A stretch of DNA of 62,872 nt, counting the filler, from Dugesia japonica (lineage: Eukaryota), in assembly GCA_001938525.1 (NCBI GenBank). It is 6 parts of 6 records of this genome, joined end to end, with 100 filler letters (N's around TTAATTAATTAA, not from the genome) between each part and the next. Parts side by side here need not be neighbours in the genome. Positions count along the whole stretch, not along the records: positions 32,006 to 41,247 come from MQRL01578216.1; positions 41,348 to 49,641 come from MQRL01617016.1; positions 49,742 to 62,872 come from MQRL01557465.1; 3 more parts are not named here. One strand, given 5' to 3'. The translations under genes and the position numbers were made by a program. This document shows positions 38,810 to 52,836 of the stretch, piece after piece; within the stretch, counting starts at the first letter, position 1, and each line of letters starts with the position of its first letter. The notes beneath the pieces are model-generated. The model did not search any database. It was not told the DNA's origin and saw only the letters and a program-made list of their open reading frames with translations.

Positions 38810-39420
38810 TCAGACCAATATCCATTGGACATAATTTGGAATTTGTGGGGTATTACGACGCCGATAACGCTGCCTCTTTCACCTATATCGCTTATGCATT
38901 TGAATTAATGTAATTATGAAAGTGAGGAGGAAGAATAATGTAATCATACCTAATATTGAAAATGGGTGATGTAATATTTTTATGTCAAATGATCTTACTG
39001 TTGTTGTAACCCACATCTGCAGAATTTTATGCCGTAATTGCTGATAATCTAACTTCATGCTACTATTCAAAGTTTTTAGATCTTTTTCCAGATTTACTTT
39101 TCTTGTCATTATGGCATTACCATATACTGGTGTATTATGAGGAATAGTTGTTTTTGTTTGTGGTTTATTCAACTTTCCTTGTTTTGTCAGAATAGTCATA
39201 TACTGTGTCTTTATTTGTGACTTTGTTGGAGGGATAGTTGTTTTTGATTGTGGCTTAGTTGTAGTCAACTTTCTTTGTTTTGTTAGAATAGTCATATATT
39301 GTGTCTTTATTAGCGATTTTGTTGCGCTTAACTTCTCTTGTTCTCGTTTCTTAGGCAGTGTAGTAAATATATGCTGTTCTACTACTCCGTATCTACCTAT
39401 TCGTACCCATATCCGGAGTT
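38810..39420 (-). pseudogene. Single-pass membrane protein with a T/K/Q-rich repeat stalk (cargo ORF; annotated ORF 38879-39295)
   Basis: Tandem 90/96-bp repeats at 39141-39326; TM segment ILGMITLFFLLTFIITLIQM followed by basic HKRYR*KRQRYRRR. Confidence 0.55.
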
Positions 39421-40329
39421 TATATTCAGTGTTAGCTTAGCTGAATTAAAAGTCAGATCAATAATTGGAATTTAATTAATTTCAAAGAGTTTCTCTTTTT
39501 CTTAAAGAGTTTCTAAAAAGCATTTTAAATACTTTATTTTATGATTTATGTAAATATTGTAATAATATAATTGATGACATGGCGCACTCCTGCGACGTTG
39601 GCTTCAAAGTCCCGCTTAGGCCAGCTCTACACCAGCCCAATATCTTATTTATAATTATTTAAAATCATCTATTATTCGCAACCTCACAATATTTTCCATG
39701 CAGATTTCTTATTCTCATTTTGTTTTATTTTCCAAATTTTTTATTCTGGCTTTATTAATTAGCTAAATTTAAGTTTATTTGTTGCAATTTTAAACTTATT
39801 TGAAAATGATCAAACCNNNNNNNNNNNNNNNNNNNNNNNNNNNNNNNNNNNNNNNNNNNNNNNNNNNNNNNNNNNNNNATAAAGTTGTATTTTAAATTAC
39901 ATTGTTTTGAATATTTGTATCAAGGATTTCTGATGAAACACTAAAAAAATTAGAATTTTCGATAATAAAATTAGGACTGATTGAAATTTTGAAAATTTTC
40001 TAATCTTTAAAANTTTTTGTTGTAACATCCAATTATGTATTTTATATAAAAATAACTTTAACTGAATTTTTTCTAATTTAAAAAATTTGCTTGAATCGAA
40101 ATTTTATTACTGAAATTTGAAATGTTTACTTTTTTTTATAAATTTAATTTAATAATTATATCTTATTTTATTAAAAATTACAATAATAATATGAATTTTG
40201 TATTTATTGAATTGTTTTAATTTAATTTAAATTTGAGAAAATTTAATTTATTTAATTTATTATTAAATTTATTATAATAATAAAACAATTTCATTAAGAC
40301 CTTGTTTAAAAAACGTCAGAGTAATAGTA

Positions 40330-41247
40330 TTATGAACTATTTTGAGTTCAAACGTGTTCATACACCTACACTTAATGCAACAGCTGAATCAGCAACTGAT
40401 ATGCTAGTGTGCGAAAGATCAGTAGAAGTAGCTCAACTGCCATTGGTTGTTAAAATAATGGAATCGACCGAGACATCGTGATGAAGTTGATCAATCACTT
40501 TCAACAACCATTCGAATAATCCATCCCAACGATATTGTAAATTATGTCAATGTAAAGGTACCAAACGAGAAGAAATCGATATTTTAAACAACATCAAAAC
40601 ATTCTTTTGCATTTTTCCAATTGTTAAATTTGCTTTTATATAGTTGACCTAATGGCTGCCGACTTATGCCAGCTCCATCCTGAGTAAGCAAAACACAGTA
40701 TTTACAAAATGCCCCCTGCTCCAAATCAGAGAATGCCAACCATTTCCACAAAGAAAACCAATAATATTTAAAACGTAAATTTTTGCGACCTACCGCAAAT
40801 TCATAACTGCATATCCAATATAACAAAATTGATTCAGATATGTGTAACAAAATGTATCGAAAGGCACAATTCTGTATCGGCATTCTTGGAAATTCAAGAT
40901 GCTGTTTTTTCTGCCTGGGATGATATAAAATAGTGAACTGATAGAAATACATCATCACAAGCCACGCAGCCTCTATGCACCATTAAGCAAACAGATTTCA
41001 ACATTGATCTGCAGTGTACAGCTTAAGTATTTAACTATAGCAAACAACTGTGTAAAGAACTTCAAATGATAGACCTTGATNTTGTAGAAGCCTTGAAATC
41101 AGTAGAAGACATCACGGCAGAGGTGCAACTTTTGAGAATAAAAGCAGATTCTGAATTTATAAAGTTGTATGGTGCTGTATCTGAAGTTGCAGAACAACAT
41201 GATTTTTCATTAAAACGACGAAGAATAACTGCCAAACAAACTAAACG
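40330..41247. mobile_element. Rearranged hAT (ZMYM1/TTF-zinc-finger type) transposase remnant
   Basis: Minus strand WFSLWKWLAFSDLEQGAFCKYC...FNNWKNAKE; plus strand IERHNSV.AF and LR..ADSEF.KLY...RR. Confidence 0.7.
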
Positions 41248-41359
41248 NNNNNNNNNNNNNNNNNNNNNNNNNNNNNNNNNNNNNNNNNNNNTTAATTAAT
41301 TAANNNNNNNNNNNNNNNNNNNNNNNNNNNNNNNNNNNNNNNNNNNNGGGGGGGAGGGG

Positions 41360-41900
41360 GTGTTTATGTGCGCTAGGATCTACCTACTGATTTGTACACG
41401 CCAAGCTCAATCTTCTTGTTCATACAGTTGAGGCTATCACCATGGCGGCTCTTTTTATAGGCATTGATAATCTTCTGATATCACTATTATTGACTATTCT
41501 TAACAATCTAGAGGCAAAATTTAGGAAGTTACTATCAAGGTTATAAAAGTCACAAATCATATAGATATCTTCTACCCAAACTGAACTAATAATAGGATCA
41601 CTGTTAAACTGATGGTAAACAGTAACATGTCCTACAATAAATTTTCTTGTTATTCCATTAACTTATCGGCGTTATCTGGTTCATTAAAAATAACTAGTCT
41701 TATAGTCATCAGCTTTCGGTAGAAGTTATGGGCCCATTGCAATATATACAACTGATTCTTATCCCACATTTTTATTTAGAAATATGCCTGCAGAGTTGCA
41801 ATGTACACTGTGCTTAATTCAAAAAAACGGAAAGCAGCATGTTTGAAACAGTTGATAGCTCATCGTCTATTTCCAGAGCTGGTGGAGCACCCTGATGAAA
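41360..41900 (-). mobile_element. Degenerate LINE (APE endonuclease-region) remnant
   Basis: Fragmentary GIFLNKN, ISCIY, KIIVG motifs; heavily decayed. Confidence 0.35.
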
Positions 41901-42559
41901 CAGATTTAAGCGGTTTTCAGTATATGTTTCCCACAGAATTCAAAGTTTACATAGATCATAACTTTTAGTTGGAATCATTTCAACCTGTTATTGTTTGCTA
42001 ATAAAATCAGCTTTTAGTATTGTTATTAAGACTACCTTTAATTTGTTGTGTTTACTTCCTTGATTTAGGATCTGTTTTCATTTTATTTTCGTTTAACGAT
42101 TATTTTTATTTAGTGACGCAGTATCAATGGACTACAGAAACCATCGAGGTAAGTCTTCTGGGGTGCCGCCTCGTATTTAAAGGAGTGTCAAATTTTTATA
42201 ATCCGTTAGCGGACATTCTAAGGAATCGATCAAATTTGGATCCCTCAAAAGCTGACTATCAGTTTGGTCGTGATGAATCTGAGCAATGGTTACATCGTAA
42301 CTGGCCCCATGAGAGAGCTTTTTCTCCGAGATAGACTTAGTGGATTACTTTGTTTATTCAGGGGCATCTTTTCCTTGAACGTTGACTATTTGATTCAGTA
42401 TTTTATAATAAATTGAAGATTTAATTAAATGGCTGAGTCTTTTTAATTCTTGTTAATGTTCGTTTTAATTCTTATATCATTATTTAGCTTATTATAAAAC
42501 ATTCTGTTGACTTGTCTTTATGAATTAATCGTTCAGTGTCTACATTTCGTTCATGATCA

Positions 42560-43620
42560 GTTGCCCCTTATACGAAACTGAGGGAGGATAGCGAGGATAT
42601 TTACATGTCTTGGGACCTTTACCGCCTGGCCAATCGAAAATGGGAGGCAAACATGTCAACAGAGAAAACCAAAGTCAGTCGTTACAAGTGTAGATGTAGG
42701 GAATATAAATCTAGAGCAGATGACTCCCAACAGCAAGAGCGTATTGGGAAACGCCAGCTCAAATCATTCGCCTATATAATCCGGTCCCTCCATGACTGTG
42801 AAAATAAACTGGTATCTGATCTGTTAGCGCTACTATAACGTATTTCATTAGAAGTCTTGATGGTTAATGAAGCAACACAAACTCCTCGCTCCGGAAATTG
42901 ATGTTGTAATCACTTTGATGTAAATTAAAAATTTGTATAAATAAAGTTTTGCTCTTAAGTCTTACGTGAATTGCTGAATTGGTTTTCCTTATGATGCATC
43001 TATGATTAAAGAGTAAAATTAATATTTCTGTTTTAGTGCCTAGTATAAGACTTCCTACTAGTCTACGTCGGTGCCATAGGCTTATTTAAAGATTGTTAGT
43101 AGAACGTCACTATTCCAAAAGATGTGAACGTTCATTACTTCGTCATCTAACCCAAAGAAACTGACTTATAAAGAAGCTTAAAATTGTGAACAAAAAACAA
43201 GACGAACTAGCGAGCCGAACGAAGCAGCTTCGCACTAATAAAATAAATTTTCTAAGGCAATACATCGCTCACCTGTCCACCCGCCTAGAACTAGAGACAT
43301 GGATTAGGTAGAACAGTGAAGACAACGAGGCCGCGTTCGATTTTACGAACGACGCTCCCGTTGAATGGCTCGATCCAGGAACCTTTGATTAGTTGTAAAT
43401 AATTTTTTCTAATTTATGTGTTGTCTTCATTTTGGAATTAAATGGCATTGTAAACCCAAATTAAAGGTACGTGGGCATGAACTCCAAGTAAGTGATGGGA
43501 GTCAACGAGTCCGTACCGAAAGCCTAAATAAGGGACTTTAGGTAAATTCTTCGAGGGACACCCTGAGGGCTGTCTTTTCCCTAGCCATAATTTTCTATCT
43601 GCAACTCAGGTGGAATCCCA
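42560..43620 (+). mobile_element. Probable non-LTR retrotransposon 3' remnant ending at an (ATT)n tract
   Basis: NMSTEKTKV...ERIGK resembles a LINE RT C-terminus; GC-richer block abutting the microsatellite. Confidence 0.35.
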
Positions 43621-43623
43621 ACA

Positions 43624-43648
43624 TTAATATAATAATTATTATTATTAA

Positions 43649-43701
<53 letters not shown>

Positions 43702-43751
43702 NNNNNNNNNNNNNNNNNNNNNNNNNNNNNNNNNNNNNNNNNNNNNNNNNN

Positions 43752-43817
<66 letters not shown>
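43624..43817. repeat. (ATT)n microsatellite
   Basis: Direct observation. Confidence 0.95.
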
Positions 43818-43818
<1 letters not shown>

Positions 43819-43899
43819 GTATGAAACGCCAATATTCTTGAGAGATAGACCTCGCATATAGATGCCAATTTGAGCGTGGGAATGCACCAATTGTTTTAT

Positions 43900-44350
43900 T
43901 AAAAGAGCCAATAGATTTGTGTTGTGAAATATGAAATGAGTTTAATCTTAATAAATCCTCTTTAGATTATATATCGTTTCATGATTTTTTAACTTTTGCA
44001 ACATCAAATGTTCAATTTCTTTTTACTGATGAATGGTATAGACAGGTTGATGGTGTGGTGATGGGATCCCACACTAGCTCTAATATTGGCTTCTATTTTC
44101 TTGTCTAAATTAGAGAGTAAGATTAATGATTATTCTTCTGGTAAACCTTTCGTTTTTAAACGTTGTGTCGATGACATTTTTCTTGTTTAGGAAAATAGCT
44201 CTCAAGTACATCCGTTATTGAAGTATATGAATAACTTGCATCCAAATATAGGCTTTTTGGTTGAAGAAAAGATCAATTCAACTATTCCATTTCTTGATTT
44301 GCTTATAGAAAGAAATAGATATATATAGAAAGAAAACTGATGCCGGTTTC
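43900..44350 (+). mobile_element. Penelope-like reverse transcriptase remnant
   Basis: F.FTDEWYRQVDGVVMGS...FLSKLE...KRCVDDIF...MNNLHPNI.F.VE......PFLDLLI...YRKKT. Confidence 0.85.
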
Positions 44351-46790
44351 TTTACAAATCCTATCAAGTTAGAATCAATAATGCCATTTATTTGAATTAA
44401 ATCGTAACTAGTTTAGACCCAATTAATTTAGAAGCAGTTTCTAACTACCACGATCAGTCTGTATTAACCAGATTAATCATACTGAGTAAATTATTGAAAG
44501 AGATTGTCCAAAATAGACTTATGTAAACAAATAATCGACCAACATTTGACCTCACCGAGAAAATTTCAGACAGTAATTAACCAGATTCAATCCCACTGAG
44601 TAAATTATCGCTCAAAGGCGACCTGGTTTGACCTCGACGAGGAATTTATTACCCAAAATGAGCCATAACCGACCATGTTTGACCCCATTTGTTCTCAACA
44701 TGTAAATTATCAACATAATTCACTAAAAACTAATTGAAATTGACCAGACTCGACCTCACCAGGCAAATTATCACCCAAAAATCACCTAAAATATACCAAA
44801 AAAAGAAAAGAAAGACAAAAAATGTCGATTAATCAAATCACTTAAAATTGAGAGCAGTTTTAAAAAACATTTTAAAAAAATCCTATGTGGTGAGTTGGTG
44901 CCCTACTTTCTAGTGACTTCGCATGTTGAGTATTTTCCATCATTGCCAGCATTGATGCAATATTTTTTTATTTGGGTGTTCCGGTTGAAACATGAGAGAA
45001 TATGGACCTCCTATTCTTGTCTGTGATTGAATTTATTACAGTTACTTATTGATTCTAAACTCACTACAACTCACTACAATTTGTTTATCTTTATTTTTTA
45101 ATTATTTATTTTTAAAAAAACTATTTTATATTGCTTGAATTTATGAAATCTAGAGGAGGATTCGGATATTCACTTTTATTTCATGATTTAATCGAAATTC
45201 AATACATTTCAATATTTCAAAGTATATAAAAAAGTGGTTTTTATTTTTTTCAATTAGAATAAATCTGAAAAAGTAAAAAATTATTTATTGAAATTTAGAA
45301 AGTAAATCTGATTTATTTGAAAGACCTATGATGACGTCATTTCTGTATATTTAAACCAATTGTCCAATAGTAATTCGTCGAATTTAATTCTTTGATCTGG
45401 ATAATTTTCTATGCATTTGAAAAAGAATTGTTTGATCAGTTTCTATCCATTTCAAGTTTGTGGTTGTTTTTTTAAAAGTGGTGTTAAATTTTTAAACTTT
45501 CATCAGCACATCCTTCGATTTTTGTTTTATTGATTTCATTTACTCAAATCGGATTTTTCGAAGTGGTTTCTTTAATTAATTGAACAGGAAGAAACTGTAA
45601 TAATATTAATCATTATTCCATCATTCAAGCATATGTTTAGAAACATCAATACGATTTCTTTTTCAATTAATAATGTTGGTGGATGATCAAAATGATGAGA
45701 ATCTTTTCTTGATTTTCGACCTTCTATGACGAGCTCATATAACTTGAATACATATTCTCTTCAGATTGGTTAATCACAGAATACTGTCTCCATAATTTTA
45801 TGTGTTTCCGTACTATTAATTTTATTTTTCAAAATAAATTTATTGCCACTTCTTTGTTCAAATATATCGCCTATTTTAAAAATTAAAAAAAGATTAAAAA
45901 TGTGTGCGAATAAATCAAGAAACTATTTATCAAAGGTAGGCATATTAAATTGAAATTAAAAGCAAAAGTAACTAAAGCTTGAACAAACATCTGAGAAAAC
46001 GGTTTATTCAATAATTACTTTAGCGTGCGTTTAAAATTAAAATATTATCTAAAATTTTAAACACAGCATTATTTTGTCTTTCAAGATGTCTAAGATACAC
46101 GTTCTTTTATCATATAATAAATAATAACTTATGGAAACTGTTAGATGAGTTTGAAGTGCTTATCGGATAATTAATGTCAAAACTCGTTTCCATAAAAGAT
46201 TTATAAAACTATATCCAACACTATTTGTTTATTCAAACAAATTAAAATTCCATGTTTTAATTGGTGATTATTTTTCAAATATTAAAATTTTAAACAAAAT
46301 AATCATTCGTTATTAAATCTTTACCTAAAATTTAAATATTTTTAAATAAAAAAGTTTTCAGAAAAATGATCTCCAATCACACAAAAATATCAACTCGCTT
46401 TTCAAAACATACTCACAGCGATATCTTTACAAATGATCGAGTGATGAAATTTAAATCAAAAATCAAATTAGTTATTTAAATAAATCATAGTTTTTTTATC
46501 AAATTTTTAGATGATTTTGTAAACATTTTAAAAAAACAATTTTGACCATAAATATAATCAATTAGTGTCAGATAATAAAATAATTTAAATTATTATTGTT
46601 GGAATTTTATGGGTTAGCCATAGACTTTGAACTGATTTTATTCTGTTGGTATTGGCTTCGCTGTTGTTACGCATGATTCTGTGAAATTAGCTAGCTTTTC
46701 AGGCTAGTTTTTGGGTTAGGTAAAAGAGCCTATAATACCTTCTATCAATTGAGTAGAATGCTCTTCTAATCTAATTTTAGTTCTTCTTAT

Positions 46791-47926
46791 AGAGCATCCA
46801 TTAAGGACGTCCTCAAAAAATAAGCAATTTTTACCTATCTCTTCCCCTTATCCCTATAAGTCTCTTTTCAGTTGACGCTCTCCCTTGGAGACATACATTA
46901 TTTTCAGAAGAAATTTAGAAAATTTAATTTATTGGTTTGCAAATTGGCTTGTTCAAAATATTGTTTAGGCTATAATTTAATAAAGATTGTTAGAATTTAA
47001 AGAGGTAACTAATTTATTAAGAACAAAATTATATATAACAATAAAATGTCTGTCTTTAAATTAATAAATTATTGCAATGAATTTTTAAAAGTTACTCATT
47101 CTTTCATGGCGATCTGAAAATATCAAAGATTAATTTGTAGACAGTATGGAACATTCGTTATCATCTTTAACACTAAATGTTGCATTATTTACATAATTAT
47201 CTAAACATCTAACGTTATCTTACTCAAACTTTCAAATAACACTTATTTTTTAAGATTTTTCTTCTCTAAATTTTCATCATTTGTACATCCTAAAGCATTA
47301 AGATGGTTACCATAGGAATCGTGGGGAAGAATGATGCTGGAAATATTTTTGCTGAGAGATGCCTCTTGTTTTTCAACATAGTTGAATGTCAATAAACCTG
47401 GAGCATGTATCATGGTGATATAAACGTCGAGATTTTATTTTTGAATCGGTTAACTACCACAACAGAACATTATAAGATGTACAATTTTTACTGTTGGAGC
47501 AAAAGCTTTAATTATTGCAATAATATTGAAATAATATTGAAATAATATTGAGATAATATTGAGATATTATTGAGATAATATTNCAGATTATATTAAGACA
47601 TATGTCATTTAAAAAAAAAGAGGTTATGGATTGTAGGCTGCAACCTCACTAAGACAACTGATAAGATAGCATTAAAATAATAAGGTTGTTGGGTATTACA
47701 TAAATCTCTAACAGAAAAGATTAAAAAGGAATTTATGGTAAATCGATTTTTTGCAAGTTTTAATGGCAAAGTAAATAATGTTCTGAAATTTATATTTAGA
47801 TATTAATAAAAGTGTAAGTTGTAGTTAAAAGTATATCTCTTAAGCCCTACCCCCTCAATATTGTATCTGTATATTCTTTTGTGAACCCCCCCCCCTATTT
47901 TTAAGAGACGCTCTTAATAAATACTC
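46791..47926 (-). mobile_element. Zator-like DNA transposon (deleted)
   Basis: Degenerate TIRs GAGCATCCATTAAGGACGTC / GAGTATTTATTAAGAGCGTC; HAPG...NYVEK...LS....IILPHDSYGNHL......ENLEKKN at ~47230-47430. Confidence 0.6.
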
Positions 47927-48068
47927 AATAATGATACCTATGATATTCATCTTTTGTTGCTTGCAGGAGATTATTCACATCTTGAAATCTTTGTCTGGTT
48001 AAACTCATTCATGCATGGAGCACTTATATTTCTCAACTAAAATTATCATCATCCATCATTGTATAAAT

Positions 48069-48514
48069 CAGTGTTTCCCAACCTTTTTCTTGCCATACCC
48101 CACCTAAGCTTTAAAAATTTTAATATGTCCCCCAAAATAATAAAACTTTTCAAAAAGTATCTTAAATGATGAATTTCAAGTAGAAATAACAAGGAAGTTA
48201 TTAAACGAACATAAAATATTCGGGTATTCAAATCGAAGTTATCCGTATGCATCTCGGCTACCTTATAATATTATTTCATTGCTCTTTTAAACGGAGTCAC
48301 TCGCTGTGGGATATTCAGTAAAATTGGAGCGAAATATTAAAATGGCGGCCAAAGGTTATGTGCATTCCATACTGAATGTTTACTAAGCCTGAGAGATGAC
48401 TTAGAGTCGCCATATGGTTAAATTTGCATTCTTTAAAAATTCATTTTTCAATTNCCCCTTTGAACAATCGAATTGCCTCCCTGTGGGGCGTACGCCCGAT
48501 GATGAGAAACACTG
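48069..48514. mobile_element. Non-autonomous hAT (Buster-type) element
   Basis: TIRs CAGTGTTTC...GAAACACTG; perfect 8-bp TSD GTATAAAT at 48061-48068 and 48515-48522. Confidence 0.92.
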
Positions 48515-48747
48515 GTATAAATACATATTGTTAATTAAAACTGTTGGAAAATGCACATAAAATAATCAAGTCGAGGTTGTATGATTTTAATTGCTCTTTT
48601 AAAAGTCAATTCCTGACGAAGACAAAGTCGAAGTATAGAATTATTATCAAAAAGCAAAAAAGCAAATTTCGATCGAAGCTTTTATTTTAAATGAATTCTG
48701 AAAAACGATCAATGATTATGTCCAACAATTATTCTCCCAATAATTGC

Positions 48748-49376
48748 AATTTTAATTAATTAAATAATATTTAGAATAAAATTTTAAAATTTACAAATAA
48801 TAATCAATATGTTGAATAATTTAAGAAAAATGAAGAAATACTGAGAAAATAACGCATAAATATTGCTAATATCGTGCACATAATTGAAATATTTTTTTGT
48901 TTTAATGTTAAATGACGAAATATTTCATTTAAATAATTATTTGAGAAATGTGCTTAATTATTCTTTTAAAATTATAAAGAATTATATGTAATCGAAATTT
49001 TAAAATAGAATACAATTTATATTAGAATACAATTTATTGGTCTTTTCTGAAGATAAAATATAAATATTTATATAATTATATATTATATATTAATTCAAAA
49101 AAATTTTAAATTTAGGACATTTAGAAATTTTAATTAATACATTTATAATTCTTTAAAATTATAAAAAAATAATTCCGCATATTTCTCAAAAATTAATTTA
49201 AATAAAATATTTTTTCATTAAACATTAAAACAAAACATTATTTCAGTAATTTGCATGATATTAGCAATATATAATCGTTATTTTCTCTGCATTTCCTCAG
49301 TTTTTTTCTAAATTTTTCAACATATTGATTATTATTTTAAATTTTTATTCTCAATATTATTTAATTAATTAAAATT
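48748..49376. repeat. Foldback/MITE-like long inverted repeat (~270-bp arms)
   Basis: 48750-49010 is the diverged reverse complement of ~49115-49376. Confidence 0.75.
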
Positions 49377-49574
49377 TGATAATAAATTAAGTGTTGCTGA
49401 AAATATTATTAAAAAATCATTTTATAATTTTACTAGAAAATCAAAGTTTAGATATATTTCAAAATTAATAAATAAAAATGACTGTCCAAAGCAATAATTT
49501 TAATATTTTAATTAATTTTTAAATTAATTAACTTAAACATCTTACTTGTTTTTATTTTTTATTTAGTAAATTTA

Positions 49575-49580
49575 TTATTA

Positions 49581-49641
<61 letters not shown>

Positions 49642-50090
49642 NNNNNNNNNNNNNNNNNNNNNNNNNNNNNNNNNNNNNNNNNNNNTTAATTAATTAANNN
49701 NNNNNNNNNNNNNNNNNNNNNNNNNNNNNNNNNNNNNNNNNTAATATAGAATAATAATATAATAATTAATAATAATAATTAATATTATAATAATTAATAA
49801 TTTTAATATTAATGATAATAATACAATAATAATATAATAATTAATATATTAATAATTAATAGTAATAATAATTAATAATTAATAGTAATAATACTTAATA
49901 ATTTTAATATTATTAATAATAATATAATTATTAATGTAATAATAATTAATAATTAATAATAATAATAATTAATAATAATAATAATTAATAGTTAATAATT
50001 AATAATATAATAATTATAATAATTAATTATTAATAATTTTAATATTAATAATAAGAATAATAATCATAATAATAGTAATAATTTTATTTT
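49575..50090. repeat. (ATT)n/(AAT)n simple repeat around a linker
   Basis: Direct observation. Confidence 0.9.
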
Positions 50091-51374
50091 TAATCATAAA
50101 TCCATATTTTTGGTTATATTTTATATTTTATTTTATATTTATATGATTACTTTAATAATTTTTTTTATGAATTCCACATAAATCGATTATGTTGATCAGT
50201 TTTAAAATTATGTTTTAAAAACAGTTCTTAAAAATATTTCCATATTCCAATGACACTGATGTTTATTTAAATATTTAAGGTAGAGCTGTTGCATTTAGAG
50301 TTCTGGAAAATATAGATTTTGTAATTTGAAACTCATTAAATAGTTTACAATTCAAATATTATCAAAAAAATTGGACGAAGTTATGCTAGATGAAGTATGA
50401 AGAGAAAGAACCATTAACTTGTTTCAAAACCGTTAGTTGTAATGTTCCTGTGAAAGAATAATTACGCTATTATATGTAAAAAACAGAAACGCATTAATTA
50501 TGAATACTTGATTATATTTATTGAATAGGAAAAGTATTATTGAAAGTTTTTTTTAGATATTTATGTCGATTTTATTTATATTTTAATTTATTTTATATTC
50601 GATTATTATTTTACTTACGTAATTGTTTTATTATAATTCTTTAGATCATTTAATTGAAAATTGCTTGGAAATTCAACCAAAGATAATTTATTTTCAATAA
50701 CAAAAAACTATTAGTTTCACACATAATTTATTCAAAAATTTTAAAGATAGCTTTAAACCAAAAAAAATAACAAATTAAAATTTCAAACAATTTCAGCAAA
50801 ATTAAAATACATGATCAATAAATTTTTGCCTTCCTAATAAATTATTTTCTTACCATACAAGTTTTCATTGTAATTTTTATTTTTTTAATATTAAATAAAT
50901 AAATCTTAAAAATTTCCAATTGCTAATATTCATGTTTATTGTAATTTTTTATTATTAAAATTGGTATAAATTAATTTATATTCTAGAACAAATTCACTAA
51001 TTAAAACAACCTGACATACAAATCTTTTGGAAAACTTTAGAGTTTAAAAAATTAATTAATTAATTCAAATGCAAACAAATTAAATATTCTATTGATTAAA
51101 ATAATTTCATTTCATTTTTTGACTTTTGTAATTGTTGAAATTCTTATTTCAATTCAAAAAATTCAATAAAAAGTGTTCTTAGAAAATGAATTATACCCGC
51201 AAAACCCTACAAGAACATATTTCTTTAATTAATAAAAAACACGTTTTTATAAATGAATTTCTATTTTCGGAAAATATTTTATAACTATTAAAAGACCAGG
51301 AAGTAAGGTCGTTTTTTTATATTAAATTCAATCAAATAAAATTTGATTACGTTTTCATTTTTAATCAATGATGT

Positions 51375-51880
51375 AATCATCGTCGTTTTGGATATCATCT
51401 AAATTTCTAAATTCTTTGTCATATAGAAAGTGCTGTAGCAATCGAAATAAATAGAAATCCAATTGTGCAATTTATGGCAAGCAGGGTGGGTGAGATAGTA
51501 CCTTCCAACCAAATTCATTTATTGTTTTCAGAGTTAGTCTTGTGCAGTGCGTTCTTGCATTATCGTATTGCATAATAACGCCTTTCCGGTTGACAATAAC
51601 TGGACATTTTTCAATTAAAAATTAATTTATTTTATCTAATTGTTCACAGAAGCGCCTTTCGGGATTGTAAACTTTGATTAACAGTAATTCGTGGTGATTC
51701 ATTCAGAGAGAGCCACTGCTTTTTGCGTTATAAATTATCATAAAGGATTCATTTATTTTATTCTCAGTGATCAAATTATCAATTATGCGGGACCCAAACA
51801 GTTCATTGATTGTCTGACGCGGATTTGCTTCCATTTCCGCCTTTAACCCCTCATTGTTGGTCTTTCTGATCAATACGAGT
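51375..51880 (-). mobile_element. mariner transposase remnant
   Basis: LKAEMEANPRQTINEL; NRKGVIMQYDNARTH...GWKVLSHPP...DFYLFRLLQHFL. Confidence 0.85.
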
Positions 51881-52836
51881 CTAAAAGATAAAAATAACCG
51901 GATTTAAACTTAGAAAACCATATTTGGCATTTACCGAACTGGAATAAATATCGCAAATGTTTTTGGTAGCTACTGTTGTGTTGCATACGATTCCGAATAT
52001 GGTTTTTGGCTGCCCATTTCAACTAAAATTGCTAATGAAATTTAAGATTTAATTATTTACAAATAAACAAGTCACTTTGACCTTAAGATATCTTTAACAA
52101 GACATTATGATACGCAATGGACCATTAAACAGTAAGAAAATATTGATATCTACAAAAACGACATTACTTTTCGGTCTAAAATTTTGGTTCTATAATCAAT
52201 TGCATAATTACTTCAATAATGAAATTCTATTTAACTAAAACTATTCATTGAAGACTTAAAAAGAATAGTTTGAGCATTAAAATTAGAATAATAGTAATAA
52301 ATCTGAGACACTATTTAATGTGTTCTGATTTTTATTTCCATCAAAACTGGAGTTATTTTCAATTCTATAAAAGAATTCCAGAAAATTCTTTCTGGAAGTA
52401 GTTTCAGAAATACACCTGAATTCAATAATAAATGAAAACAATTATAAACAATTTATTTATTAATAATTTTAGAATTTCGTCTAAGAACTCTAATGATTAT
52501 CGGAATCATATAATCTGAATTATAACATAAAAGTATTAAAACTCTGAACTGTTGTCAAAACCTGTAGCTAAAAATAACTATTTTGTCAAAATATTTTATC
52601 AAACATAAAATTTAATTACAAAAATTTATTATTATAAAAAATAGAATAAATCTTTTACAAAACAACAAATTCATCGATTTAATAATGTTTTACAATTATT
52701 GCGAGAATAATTGTTGAATGTAACCATTGATCGTTTTAAAGTATAAAAGTTGACTCAAAATTATTTTTGGAAAAAATCAAACAAAATGTTTATTATAAAG
52801 TTTATTATAAAAAATTTATAACATAATTAAAGGTTT

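Noticed and set aside
39580-39600. ACA-TGGCGCACTCC as a plus-strand PBS
   Set aside because: No matching tRNA 3' end recognised and no LTR or gag context
43699-43911. Poly-Ile ORFs (also 60849-61115)
   Set aside because: Translations of (ATT)n/(AAT)n microsatellites
44400-44800. Degenerate GACCTCACC/AAATTAT repeats (similar at 23470-23730) as a CRISPR-like array
   Set aside because: Eukaryotic context, irregular decayed units, no unique spacers or cas genes; minisatellite or transposon subterminal repeats
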